From assembly GCA_002633005.1 (NCBI GenBank), contig NMRA01000401.1:355176-419175 (forward strand): a stretch of DNA of 64,000 bases, in the 5' to 3' direction. Under the pieces are notes generated by a model, which saw nothing but the letters and a program-made list of their open reading frames with translations, searched no databases and was not told where the DNA came from. The translations under genes were made by a program, and so were the position numbers. Source of the stretch: Phoronis australis. Lineage: Eukaryota; Animalia; Phoronida. Shown here piece after piece: positions 27,901 through 40,432 of this stretch; position 1 is the first letter of the stretch; every line of letters starts with the position of its first letter.

Positions 27901-30524
27901 CAAGCATCTGTCCATTGTAGTTTGTTGCAAAAAATACTGTTAATTTCAGGTATGAAGATACAAGTCAGTTTACATTAATGCATTTCATCTTCATACAAAG
28001 TTTTGTGGGCTATTTTGGGTCACTCACCTGTTAGCAAGTGCTTTGTTTATTAGAGTCTCAGTTTCCCTGATGGCATTGTTAATCTGACACTGAGAATTTT
28101 ATTCCTTTCTATTTCCAGTACCTTGAGTTACTGCGTGCAATGGCCAGTTGTGTAGAGATGGAGGAATGTGGTGGTCTGCGATCGCTTGCTCACATACCAC
28201 CTGATGAGAGACACAGGCTGGTAGATGACAGGCGCCAGGCTTGTGAACTGATCTCGACACGAATAAAGGTGTGTTACAATCGTATTTATGCCAACTTGTA
28301 AACAGCTGTGAATCTTGGGTAGAATGTCTTCTCACCACAATTTTTACACTGCCAGAGTTGCAAGCTTATGCCATTTGCTAAGTGACTCAATGTCTAAGGT
28401 TTTAAACTAAAGATAACTGTTGGGCATTATTGTAATCAAGCAATACTAAGTGCTTCCTGTGGTTGGCCACAATCCTGGATTCGTTCGTAAAATGCTTTGC
28501 GAGTGCGAGTCATTTTTCAGTGGAATAAATTTAGCTATTGCCCAGAGCGAAGCTACACCATGGGTGTATTGTTCTGGTTGTCTGGATTTTTGTAGAACTG
28601 TCTGTACTGTATTCCTTTGTCTATTGGAAATTTTAAAATGCTTATTTTGTTTCTCCATGTTCATGTCCTTAGGATAATGCCTAGTACACACTTGTCACCT
28701 GTTGACAGGACACAGGTGTGAACCTAATATGAAAGGTTACCTGTGAAGCTGGAAAAAGCAAAATTCAGTCATTATAAGTTCTTTACAAAACTTGTAATTT
28801 CAAGACCAGATTCTTTTCAATTTATAGGTGCTGAAAGAACGAATCAACAGGAAAGACGAACTACTTCAGAATTACGAGCGAGACTTGGCCAAGATGCGGC
28901 AATCCCAGACATTGGCTGATCTGAAGCAAGCTCAACTTGATAGTCTCTCAGTATGTGTTGTGTGCTCTTGTTAGAAAATATTTGTAAATTATGCGTTACT
29001 TTTTGCTATGCACCTGTGGACACTAAAATTCTAGATTCGAGTTTGCACAGCATCAATGGTGTCATCTTGAATTCACTTAGACCAAAATAAAACAATGGAT
29101 CGACTGAAATTTTCAGATATAACCACATCAGTGTCCAGAACTGCACGTTTTTACAAATTCATGACCTGCACAGTTTAAATAATTAGAAACATTGCTTTGA
29201 CCTTGTGTTCACAGCATGATGTGAGAAACCAAGCAGATGAGACGATGTACCTGCGGGAGTCACTTAACAGGACAAGAGATCGTCTGGAGCAGGAGAAACG
29301 GTTAAACTCGGCTATAAAACAGAAAAAGGTGAGCAGACGACATAGTGTAGTGAGCAGACGACATAGTGTAGTCAACAGACGACATAGTGTAGTCAGCAGA
29401 TGTACTGGTGTTGGTTGTAAGCAATTGTTTCAGAGCAAGCGTATCATTGACTGCTTATTTGCCAACATTGTAACCATACTTTGTTATCAACCCAAGTTTT
29501 GACGTAAAAATGATAATTTTAATAATATTGATGACTAAATATTTTGCAACAACTACGCTTTCTTTTAAAATAAGATAACTAATTGACACATTAGCGACTT
29601 ACATCTGTTGTACAATTATTGTTAATGATAAACCTGCAATGGTGCAAGAATCCAAATTAAAACTAAACAGTGTTTATTTTAAGCATTATAATCTACCATC
29701 GCTACCAAACTTTCACCTCTCTTGTGTTGAACTGGCGTTGTGATCTGTAACCCCAACCGAAATTGTTCTGCTCGCAGTAAAAGTTACCCGCTGTAAACTT
29801 TATTTTTAGACATTCCATCTTGAAAATGAGAAGGGACCATTCACCAGTAACGCGAAGCACCAGTGCCCTAGACCAGATTATACAGGACAGGTAAGAAACA
29901 CTAAAAGTGTGGAATGCACATTTTGTGAACATGAAAATTAGCATTTCCAGTACTAACTTTAGAAAAATTATGAATATAGGAGACCCAGGAATCCACCTAA
30001 GTTTTGAAATGTTTCACCGAAAATTAGGACCAATTTTGAAAATAAATTAATATTTAGTGATGCAGGCAAATATATTCAAATCTTGTTTGTGTCGTGTTTT
30101 TATCATTTAAAAACTTTAGGCCCAGTCCGGTTTTGCGTGATGCATTTATCCCAAAATAGTTTCGAGACAACCAGGTTGTCATTAGGGTTAACGTGGGGGT
30201 ATCAATCACTTAAAATCCTGAAATCAGAGACAGCTGCAGCAAAGCACTGTTTGCACCTAATAGAACAAGATATGCTGTACATGGTTGAAAAATGCAGTAA
30301 TTGCGACCATATTTGCATAAACATAACTTTTAATTGTTTGTGATTTCCAGGCATCAGCCCGAAGACGAGTTATGTCTGAGAACAAGAAAAGGCGGTCATA
30401 CGAAGTTACAGCCTTGAAGACTGAGCTGGCACAGAAGGAACAAGAGTTGTGCGAGACGACAACGAGGCTGGTCAACTTGGAAACCAGCTTTGGTTTAAAC
30501 AGTGACTCGGCTATGTTGGAGTAA
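9973..30524 (+). CDS. FHAD1: Forkhead-associated domain-containing protein 1 (N-terminal FHA domain plus long coiled coil), 24 coding exons, ~1369 aa
   Basis: Exons 9973-10068, 10751-10957, 15567-15861, 16216-16319, 16857-17093, 17549-17728, 18183-18353, 18910-19122, 19739-19978, 21076-21274, 21828-22016, 22857-22984, 23492-23581, 24906-25143, 25640-25858, 26310-26469, 26622-26754, 27014-27152, 27413-27642, 28119-28268, 28828-28950, 29215-29328, 29810-29890, 30351-30524. Total 4110 nt, open frame, all GT-AG. N-terminus [48 protein letters not shown] is an FHAD1-type FHA domain, and the internal motif [24 protein letters not shown] also matches FHAD1. Confidence 0.93.
13558..13763. mobile_element. 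Tc1/mariner-type MITE
   Basis: TA|CAGTACAAGCCAAAAG ... CTTTTGTCTTGTACTG|TA, with a related copy at 24496-24755. Confidence 0.65.
16556..16810 (+). repeat. Two-copy tandem duplication (~120-130 bp) in an FHAD1 intron
   Basis: TATTTTTGAAC.GAAAATTTTTGATTTAGAATTATG...GATCCTGAATCTACAATTCACTTGGTATTATGTTTT occurs twice. Confidence 0.85.
17962..18123 (+). repeat. Direct repeat (~63 bp, two copies) in an FHAD1 intron
   Basis: ATGAATGAA.TATTGTTGAATGCAT..TA.C.TAATCTTGATGTGTTCATAGACATTCTCATCAA at ~17962 and ~18059. Confidence 0.8.
22784..22850 (+). repeat. 33-bp perfect tandem duplication immediately upstream of an FHAD1 acceptor
   Basis: CATGGTGACCATTTATATGGAGGTACTTTGATG x2, ending a few nt before the AG at 22855-22856. 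Confidence 0.9.
24496..24755. mobile_element. Tc1/mariner-type MITE (same family as 13558-13763)
   Basis: TA|TAGCACAAGCCAAAA ... TTTTGTCTTGTACTG|TA. Shares internal CAAAATGACC and GAGAATG.AGGGA segments with the first copy. Confidence 0.6.
29329..29400 (+). repeat. 21-bp minisatellite starting at the FHAD1 exon 22 donor
   Basis: GTGAGCAGACGACATAGTGTA x2, then GTCAACAGACGACATAGTGTA and a partial fourth copy. Confidence 0.9.
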
Positions 30525-30830
30525 AGACACAGTCATTATTTTGTTAAACTTTTTGAAATTATGTTTTACTAGAATTTTATTTATTCATTTTTAATTGATA
30601 AGTCTTGGGATTCAATTTTATATGGGATTCATTTTTGTATATTTTGCTTCAGTAGCGATGAGGGTGCCGCTCATAAATAATCTCAGTAATTCATAAAATG
30701 TACAGTCCTGTGACAAGTACATTACGTTAATTAGACAGCTGATTTTTCAATCCAGTGAGTCCAAAATACCTGTACTGCATTTAAGAGCACACTATATGCA
30801 AACAAGTAATGGCTTGCTGTGATTTGTACA

Positions 30831-30868
30831 AATAAATATTGAATACCGGTTCTCACTTTTATTTTATT
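30831..30868. terminator. Back-to-back poly(A) signals of convergent FHAD1 (+) and SLC25A11 (-)
   Basis: AATAAA at 30831-30836 on +; TTTATT (AATAAA on -) at 30858-30863 and 30863-30868. Confidence 0.5.
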
Positions 30869-31059
30869 TTTGATCACACTAGACATATCTGTAACATTAA
30901 AAGCTGCTAGTCTTCAGATTTAAAAAGAATACTTAAACTCTCATATCAAAATAATTATGACTCGCAACTGTTCCTTAATGCTACCATTATCATAATTATT
31001 TTTCAATGTATCCGAGGAAGCCCACCACAGTATCATTGCTGTATGCAGAATAATGTAAT

Positions 31060-31190
31060 AAACCTAGGGCAATAGTCTGGTATAACGTGCCTGTATTTTG
31101 AGAACCAGTTTGATGCCCGTTATTCGGTGGAGAAAACTGGTTCTCAAAAATCGGGCACGTTATATCAGACCATTACCGAGCTTGGTATAC
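31060..31190. repeat. Long inverted repeat (MITE-like hairpin) in the probable SLC25A11 3' UTR
   Basis: AATAGTCTGGTATAACGTGCCTGTATTTTGAGAACCAGTTT ... AAACTGGTTCTCAAAAATCGGGCACGTTATATCAGACCATT, a ~40-bp stem. Confidence 0.8.
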
Positions 31191-31387
31191 AACTCCCTAC
31201 ATAACAGACACAGCAAGCAGTTCAGGTTTAGTAACATGATGAGCTTGTGTTTTGCAAAGACAGTTCACCAATAGCAACAAATCCCTGTGCGTTCGTTTCC
31301 ATCTAGGCGTGAGTCTTGAAACAACACATTTCACTGACTGCACAATGCACACGAGTCACATTCAAAATCACAACAACCCAGACAGAC

Positions 31388-34300
31388 CTACAGACCGCCC
31401 CCTCCAGACATGTCTTTCAGCACGTGTTTCTTGTAAGCAAGATTCAGTTGTTCTAAGAAGATGAACGTCAACACAGTATGAGGTCCAAGGCGTGCGTAGT
31501 AAGGTGTGAAACCTTTCCACAGACTGAAGAACCCTTCATTCCTAGTCACCTTCATTAGTACATCCTACAAGAAAAAAATAAAACTGCAAAACTCCACCTA
31601 CAGATTTTTTATAAAATTATTAAATGACTCGGACCACTATCTACACGCCCTGACTTTTGCTTATGACTGACTGTTATTTTTTAAGCTTCAAAAGTCATAA
31701 CGAGACACCTGTCACACTCTGATTAGTCATACGAAGCATTAATTGTTTTTGGCCAAAATATGAGTACGAAGTTTAAAATCAGTGCTTTATGTACACGACG
31801 ACATACTGATCGACGTTTCGGTTGTTTACATAATGTTCTGATTTTAAAGTTCGTACTCGCACAAAGCAATCGTAAATTTTACGTAAACTGGCAATGTATT
31901 TCCAATTTTTACACAACTCTCTAAATAAAGCAAAGGAGCGGAAATGATGAGGTCAATCATGTCTAAACACAAATATGCAACAGTGACATAAGATTACATA
32001 AACAATTATTATATTTTTGTAAGATTCGCAGCTACAAAGGACTGAAAAGACTCGGTGCCACCGCAACAGGGGGCGCAAGGGTTTCATGGTGAACATGAAA
32101 CTCGCACAACAAAGTAACAGAACATGATGTGCAGTGAACGCGTATCACACTAATGCTAAAATTGTCGAAAGGGCTACATCAACCATCAGTTAATTGTTGC
32201 ACAAAAGCACTGTATCAAAGCACTGAATATCCACCAGGGCACCTATGTGCACTGAATACTCAACACGGCCCCTATGTGAACTGAATAGTCAACACGGCCC
32301 CTATGCACACTGAATACTCAACACGGCCCCTATGCACTCTGAATACTCACCATGGCACCTTTGTACTCTGGTACACCATTGACCACCTTCATACTTTGTA
32401 ACCTGACAACGGGAACAAAACACTTGAAACCCCACAACTTAAAATTAGAGACAATCAACTGTCCTACACTTCAATGCATTCTTAAATGAACTGAGTGTAA
32501 TTCGCTCGCTCCGTAAGTTCCGAAAAAATCGGTATGCAGCTATTGCACAAATTATGTCATTCGTTGGTTTTTGGAGTTATTGTAACTTTACTGGCATAAC
32601 AAAATTGATGCCTAGGCATTACATGCAAGAAAATGATAGGAACTTATTGCTCTTGGAATCAATGCACATCATGGTCAGACAGAAAGGATTTGTCAATGGC
32701 TGCACTTGGCCAAGTTCCGCGAGGTCAACATCTAATCGGTCTGTACATCAGAAGCTGTCACATGCCTTTAGATGACTCACCTGGTGGAATTGGCAAAGTG
32801 AATCAATCAGCGTGATTAGCTACATAGCATAATATGTTTATCTCAGCTTATGCATACAAAACTAATTCAGTGGTCCCCTAAACGGGTCAAAAACTGAGGG
32901 CACAGCCTACTTCAAATTGTGCTAACCTTTCAAAAGTCGAATCAGAAGCTGGAGCTCAAACAGTCTCCAACTGAATTGCCTTACCTAGTCTTAGTAATAT
33001 CCACAGGCATACTGGCGGCAGTAGTGACGAGACCACTGATCATACTGGCGGCGAAGTGACAGAGTATGTTGTCATTAAAATATTCTGAAAGGTTTTGAAC
33101 ACAAAAGTTATATACAAATAGAAAAAGCTAGCAGGCGTATGTGAAAGTACATTTTAGTCATTAAGGAGTTGTTTTTCCAACCAAAGTTGAATGCAGTATA
33201 AATTATGAGCAAGGAGAAAAATAATGACATTACAATAAGGTTTCGTAGGACCCTAGAAAAATGTCCAAATTTGGTTAACTTCAGAGCATCTCATCTCAGC
33301 AATGACCAAAAGGATTCACACAAAATTTTCTGACACTATACTTTATGCACTGTTCTGAGAAACGCTGTAAAAACAAGAACAAAATGACAACTTTACAGAA
33401 ACTGTAACAGTACTTTTGAAATATCCTTTTGAGCATTTATATGAGACAAATGTTATTGATGTTGGTGTTTTGCTATGAATGAACCTTAAGATTCTTGTTT
33501 TGCAAAATTTTACTTATTATAAGTTAAATATGGCTACATGACCCAAATAAAATGGCAGAGTCAAAAATCAAATTTTACCGGTTTTCTGGGATCAAAAATG
33601 TCAGAGCAAAAATCTATTCGTTTTGAAGATATTTAGTCAATACACAGTCTTGTGGATGAGACCCTCCATATGGCAGAAGGGGAAAAATACAATGACAGAA
33701 CATTAAATGTTAAATGATCAATATTTCAGGTCAGTGCTCTTCAAGATGACTTTCGACACTCCTGATACCGAGATTGAGTTTTGTCATGATGAGTTTGACT
33801 CATCTTGAAGAAGTTTGGAAAACATTGCAATAGTCTGTTGACAACATAAAGGGTAGAAAAAAAAGAAAATTTTTCCTTTTTGCCTTCTGTTTTGCTTTGG
33901 AATGTAGATCGTAGCAAAACCCACGTAAAATAGATTCCTACAAAACATTGTAAGCTTTTCTGCACATGAACAGTCCATGGCCATGTTTAAAACACCCAGG
34001 ACTCAGGGGCGGATCCAGGATTTTGAGATGGGGGGCCAGGGCAGAGTATTAGCCAGGAGTTTGCCCATCAGATATTCGCACCCCCGAACTGCCNNNNNNN
34101 NNNNNNNNNNNNNNNNNNNNNNNACTGCCACTGGGACTTACTTGTGGACAGTAGGAACTGTTTGGCTTGAGAATATGTTGCCAGTTGTGCAGCGTTGACT
34201 ACCATAGCACGTACCATTGTGGGACCACAGCCCTGACAAAGAGCAAGCAAATGTCAATGTCAAGAATCTAACTTAAGCCAAGAGAAGAAGCATTTGGATG

Positions 34301-37300
34301 AGCAAGCCAGCACAGCAATTTAACCCACAATGAAAACAATTGAGCACACAGAGGTCCCTGAAAAACTATTAACTGGCAATACAAAGAATTAAGAATGCGT
34401 AAGAATGTTCCATAAATATCACATCACCAATTATATGCCCACATATATAAAACATATGCCATATGAAATCACATGACTTAAGACGCATATCGCATACATT
34501 CCAAAGGCAGGTCACATGAATATCACAGCGTGATGTCAAATGATATGCATACAGAATTACACAAGGGTTACTCTGCCTAGTTGCATGAAACAGTTCTAAA
34601 TAGGGACTCGATTAAGTTCCCTAAATCTAATGTGTACTTGCGGACTTTTGGAAACACTGATTGTCCTTTCATATGATGTTTATAAGTACCATTACTATAA
34701 AGCCAATTTTGGCTTTGATACAAAATTAACTCTACATTGAATTCTCAATATTATGGAAAATAAGTAGGGACCTTTTCATAGAACGTCCCTAATTTAAGGA
34801 CCAAGAACCTAAATGTTTTAATTGAATTAAGGTCTCAGTTTTTAGTTATATTATTAGAAAATGTCATTAGAGGAGCTCTTAATAAAGATGAAACGAAATA
34901 TTACATCTCAGTGAGTAAAGAACGAACCAAACACGCAAAAGAAATACGAAACTTAGTTGAGTGCCTATTTGGGACTGTTTCGCGCAACCGGCCCCAGGAC
35001 TCTCCGCACTAAGAGTGGACGTCCCTAAGAGCTACACTCAGGGGAGTTTTGTCCAACTACCTTTGGCGACTGAATTACACCAGCTCTAATTAGATTCTAC
35101 AATCTCAAAGGTCGAGTCCTTTGATAACACAATCAACCAAATTTAGGAACACAAGTGGACGTCTAATAATTTCTGTTCATTCACATACCCTCCATAGCGT
35201 TAAAACACCCTCTTCTGATGTGATGCGGTACAAAGCATTGAAAACACTTGTGTACCCTCGCCGCTGTTCGACTGGAAGCCTAGCAAATAAGACACAGAAA
35301 CAATTCACAATCATGGCATTTTTGGCAGCCAAAGACAAGAATTTTTGCGATTGCAGTTGAATGCGGTAGACTTCTTGATGTTATCAGAGCTATAGAACAA
35401 CATTATGCTAAATATGGTTTTGAGATTTTATTACAAATCGCCAAATTCTTGCCATTGGCTGTCGGAAATTCGCTCAAATCAAGACCGGTGACCTTATCAT
35501 TTGGTTGCTATTTATCAAAAGATTTGGTTAGCAGTAAGAACGTTCAGCTGCTTAGTGGAATGCGTTCGATTGCGTGCTGATTTCCGTAACATTAATTATC
35601 TTGTCGAGAATTTAGCCTTCAAATATTGCTTACAATGTAACATCACCATTCAAGGGCAAAAAATAATGTAATGTCTGAAAGAAATTTTTGAAGTGGGGCA
35701 AGTTTCCCTGAGATCTTTCTACGACTACGAAGAAAATTTGGAATTGTGACTGCAATTCTGAAAATAGGTCATTATCATATAATATGGGTATAATTGTATG
35801 TAAAGTATAACCTACGTGTCAGGATTTTAAATGAATAATAATTACAAAATGTGTACGTGCAGTTACCTTAAACTACAACTATTACTGTTTGCATTTCTAA
35901 CTGTGGGCTCAAACAAACCTAGTGGCTTCTTTTTTATTAAACAATGTATCAACAATTTGTAATTGCTTCTTGACCACCGGTAATACCAAAAGTGATTGTC
36001 CTCAAGACTTTAAAGGACAAAATTACAGTCAAATATATGATTATAGATGAAATCGAGTCATTTTCCTCAGCTAATCATTTGCACGTGAATCATAATTTGG
36101 CTAGAAATATAAAAAAATGCAATACGGAATTTGCGCATGAACCTAATACCACCTGGCACAGTCTAGTGAAGTAAGAATACAAGAAAGACCATCCCATAAA
36201 AGATTCCAAAAACCACCTCAAAATGGCAAACATATCAACATTCATAAAGATCCTTGACAAAAAGTTTACCTTTTAAACTAATCTGACAAATCTGTTTTGA
36301 CACCAAGCATTTTAAAGTATATCTGAGCAACAGAGAACAATGAGGTTATCTACTATGTTTCGCCAAGTAATTGTTGGCCAGGATGGAAACACCTGACCAC
36401 CACGTGACAATTTAAGTACCTTCCATCTGATGTCATGCGTATGAGTGAAATCTCTGCTGGGGTCCCAACAAATGCACCAATAGCTCCAGCTGTTATACCA
36501 ATCGCGGCTTTTGTCAGGAACCCTGGTGGTTTGCCATCGGGCCTGCCAAGTAAGTATCAATGTTGTCAACAAAAAGCAGATAACTCGGGCGGCTGCCTTG
36601 TCTAACAGAAATCTAGTAATTAAAACTCTTTCCATTTTAAAAACAATTTCCACTGATTCCCTTTTTGTGGCTGAAAAGTTGCGGATTTTTTCTGCTCCTC
36701 GATTTCCATAATTTTGGCTTAAAAATCAATACTTTTTAATGCATTTCAGCTCTGTGTTGTATCATGCACAGAAATTTCTGCCCACAATGCTTCACAAGAC
36801 TAAATTGCAAAAGGGAAATACTCACTTTCAAGCAAAAATGATGTAAATCTAGGCGCAGAAAAAAATCTGCAACTTTTCAGGCACAAAAAGGGAATCAGTG
36901 GAAATTCCCTTAAGTTTCTAAAATAGAAAGCCTAGTTGTACAATACTCTAGCAATACATCATAACAACTGTACTGTGTCAAACAAGAATGAAAATGGTGG
37001 CAGAAAAACCTGACCGTTAGCTCGAAAGGTGCCAGTAAGCGTTAGCTCGAAGGCCGACAGTAAGCTTCTTATTCACTGAGAATGAGACATTCATGCAAGA
37101 AACTAGAGGGTACTGAGTTATGGTTCTAACAAAAAAGTGCTTTATAACTGGGGATGTTGATGAAGTTCACATAGAGGCGGATGGGCCTAAATAGGATCAT
37201 ATACTGTATACAGTACGGTACAGCATGTTACATTTAGTAGAGACCCTAGTCTTCCATGATAACAGAAAACGGAATTTACAGAATTAGAGATTTTAAAGAA

Positions 37301-40300
37301 AATCTACATAATAATTCAATAGCCGATAACATGATTCTAATAATTTAGGTTTGTTAATTTACAAAACATCATTCATTTATTGAACAACTGTGGCCACAAA
37401 TCACTTGATGGTCATTTTGCAGCTTACATGATCAAGTAGTTGTTCTTTCTTACTGATTAAGGGGACGCTGTTCTTTTTCCAGACTTGAGAACTTAACATG
37501 TCATACAGCAAGTTATTGGTAACATATAGTAACGTCGTAATTAAGCAGAAAAAGTATCAGTGGTAATTCCCAAGTTACTTTCATGCTATTCATCACTTTA
37601 AAATAGCAAAACAAATTTTGCTTAATATTTACAAAATGGAAAAATCAGAATTTTATGCTGGCGAATATGGAATTCTGTTTTCGAAAATGGAAAACCAGCA
37701 AGAGTCTCTACAAATAATGGATTCCTTAACTTCTGACAAAAACCGTTGCATTTCAGCAGTCACATCTGGCGACATCTCTTACCCAGAAAACTTTTCAAAC
37801 AGCATGGTGTATATTCCCAGTCTTGTAGTTGTGTATGTCGCCTGTCTCAGTAACCCTGCCGACAGTCCATTGTACATGGCCAGGAGACCTTCGTTCCTCA
37901 TGATGGAAGAGATCGCATGGAAACTGGTCTTGTACTGTTTTTGGCCACTTCCAACACCTATAATTAACATGAGTAATGTAATGGGGGGGGGGGAGGGGAG
38001 GGGAGGGGGAGCTGTAACGATTTGTCATCGGATAAGCTGATTTTTAGCACCATGTATCTGATATCTAGACAATTTCATACTTTGAGTAGTATGCCTCTGC
38101 TACAGTTAAAATATAACTTATGCATCATAAAGAGATCTTTCATAAGGACAAATGGTCCTTTAAGCCACCCACTGTGAAGTGTGCCTCCCTTAGCAACCAG
38201 GTGGCACTGTGGGTCATGGGTCTTATATTACCAGCCACATTGCATTGAGGAACTCTCTCATTCACATTCAGTCGCATTTGGTGTGATCTCATAGAAAAGT
38301 TTCTGAATACTGCACGTAACAAAATTCACTTGCTCTCATTCTTAATTATTCTTACTCACAAAATAGAGTAGTGCATCAAGAACAAACTACCAAGACATCA
38401 CCCTTAAAAGAACAAAAAACGAGAGGATTTCTTCGCAATTTGTCAATACGAGTTCCCACGTGATGTTTTGATATTTTCAATGCCGCACTTACCGCTGAGC
38501 TGCATGCGATTCTTGACGAGATCTAACGGTTGTACAAATACTGTGGCGGCCATACTGAAAGAAAATAACAAACGCATGGAAATCAAATTCAAGATGATGA
38601 AAACTGGAGAGTGCGTACGCGTTTCTCGTTTTCATCCAATGTCCTACTAGCAGGAGACAAACGACACTGGTCATAGTATAGGCACTGGGCACAATAATTT
38701 CTCAAGGATATACAAACAATCCAACTGCTAAAGAAAACAACATTCTGGCTTCTGCCAGTTCCAGCTTCCTCAGACTCCTCTCATAAGTTCAGAATGGCAC
38801 ACTTTCTTGGATAGGTACCCAATTGAAAAGTTTACTAGACAGGATAATACACATTTTTGGTGTTTCTTCGCCTTTACCTTGGCCACTTTAACTGAGACCA
38901 AAAGTTTGAAATCGAGGCTGTCAACACATTGTGATTGGTACAGCCCATGTAAGACCCTTCATGTTAGCCAGGATAGGTGTTCAGGAGATGGAGTCAGTGT
39001 ACATGACTGAGCAGTGAGTTGATTTGTCTTCAGGTGGCAGCATACAGACTGGAATGGATAGCGTCATATATCTGCTTTTAATACATAAGGTCTCCGAATG
39101 TTATACAGATTTCAGTAGTGAATTAAACTAGTTTTAAGACCGCACACCCCTCCCATTCTGGCTTCAAGAACCCAATCTGTGCAAGTCTGCATCTATGAAA
39201 GGATTTGTACCAGTTCAGCCAAATGTAGTATTGCAAATAAATAACTGTTTTTGCAGCTTTACAGAGCATTTTTTTCAGTTTTCTTTCCATGCCCAGGGTA
39301 CCAAGGTAGTGGTATATAGAGCAGTTATGGAAGCACCTAGTGCCAAAAAGATATCCGGTAATTTGACTGACCATGTCTCCAATGTCATTAGGTGACAGCA
39401 CATCTTAATTCAGCCTGTCCGTTAAAAGATTTTCTCAGGCTAAACTCAGGCTAATTAAAATATCAAAGTCATGTTTCTACCAGTCGCGTGGATGGACACC
39501 TTTTGGAAGCAGTGAGAAGTATCTAAAAATTCTTCTAACTTAAACAATTACTCATGCAATCAACAAAATTTCTGAGCAGTCCTTTCATCCATCAACAAAA
39601 TCAAGAACTGGGCCATTTCTGTTTTGATTGCATCACTGTTCATGTCTATAACATGTAAATTTCTTAATCACATTGAGGATGACCTCCATGACCTTGGGAG
39701 TGAGCCAGTCACTTTGCAATAGTACACTCATCACTGACCATCAGAGTTCACTAACAGTAGCTTCTCCACTAGGGTCATAGCTTTGGTTCCTGATCAATGG
39801 CATAATTGACCAGTGGCGAAAAAATAATCGCAATTGAAAAGAAAACATAATAACCGAAGTATTTTTCGAGTTGGAAGGACTTAGCAACATGCAGCCAGTG
39901 TGAGGCATGATTTGACGAAAAGCTTCAGGCGCATGACAGACTTATGCCAATGGCAACAGTCTTGTCCCGAGCAATTTAGACAGATGGTGCTTACTGCTTA
40001 CCAGAATGTAAGTTAAATCGGTGTCCGTAGATACAACAAAAGAAAACATAAGCACAGGTGTTGACAAATAGGTATTGAGAGGCGGAGCTCATTTCTTGGA
40101 TTACCAACCCATCTACCATATTCTAGGTTGGTGGAGCTTTCAAGGGATTGGTAAAATGCTGATTTAAGCGGGTAACCAGGTGGCGGTGATAGACTACAAA
40201 TTTGTTATGCAAACCGGCTGGTCGATTCCCGACCCAAGTCCAGGTTACCCGCCCCCGATGGTGGAATTGCTTTGACTCTACAAACACACTACAGTACCAA

Positions 40301-40432
40301 TTGCAACGAGTTAAACAAAATTTACTACAAAACAAATATCAGCCTGTTCACTTACCCAGCAGAGCCACCGAACAGAAACTTGATCGATTTGGGAATCGTA
40401 GCCTTCCCGTCGGATTTACCTGTGGCAGCCAT
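31388..40432 (-). CDS. SLC25A11: Mitochondrial 2-oxoglutarate/malate carrier (OGC), 9 exons, 315 aa
   Basis: Exons 40356-40432 (MAATGKSDGKATIPKSIKFLFGGSA), 38493-38554 (MAATVFVQPLDLVKNRMQLS), 37783-37957 (..YNGLSAGLLRQATYTTTRLG..), 36420-36542 (..GTPAEISLIRMTSDG), 35189-35279, 34142-34232 (GCGPTMVRAMVVNAAQLATYSQAKQ), 32985-33084 (..TTAASMPVDITKTR), 32351-32402, 31388-31564 (..WKGFTPYYARLGPHTVLTFIFLEQL..*). Three carrier signature motifs PX[DE]XX[KR] (second degenerate) and OGC-specific motifs; total 948 nt. Confidence 0.97.
32221..32369. repeat. 29-bp minisatellite (5 units) whose last unit spans an SLC25A11 exon/intron junction
   Basis: Unit TGAATACTCAACACGGCCCCTATGCACTC versus junction unit TGAATACTCACCATGGCACCTTTGTACTC. 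Confidence 0.9.
34575..34995. mobile_element. Degenerate MITE (PIF/Harbinger-like ends)
   Basis: GCCTAGTTGCATGAAACAGTTCTAAATAGG ... CCTATTTGGGACTGTTTCGCGCAACCGGCCC inverted termini. Confidence 0.45.
36628..36930. mobile_element. MITE / long inverted repeat in an SLC25A11 intron
   Basis: AATTTCCACTGATTCCCTTTTTGTGGCTGAAAAGTTGCGGATTTTTTCTGC versus GCAGAAAAAAATCTGCAACTTTTCAGGCACAAAAAGGGAATCAGTGGAAATT. Confidence 0.75.
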
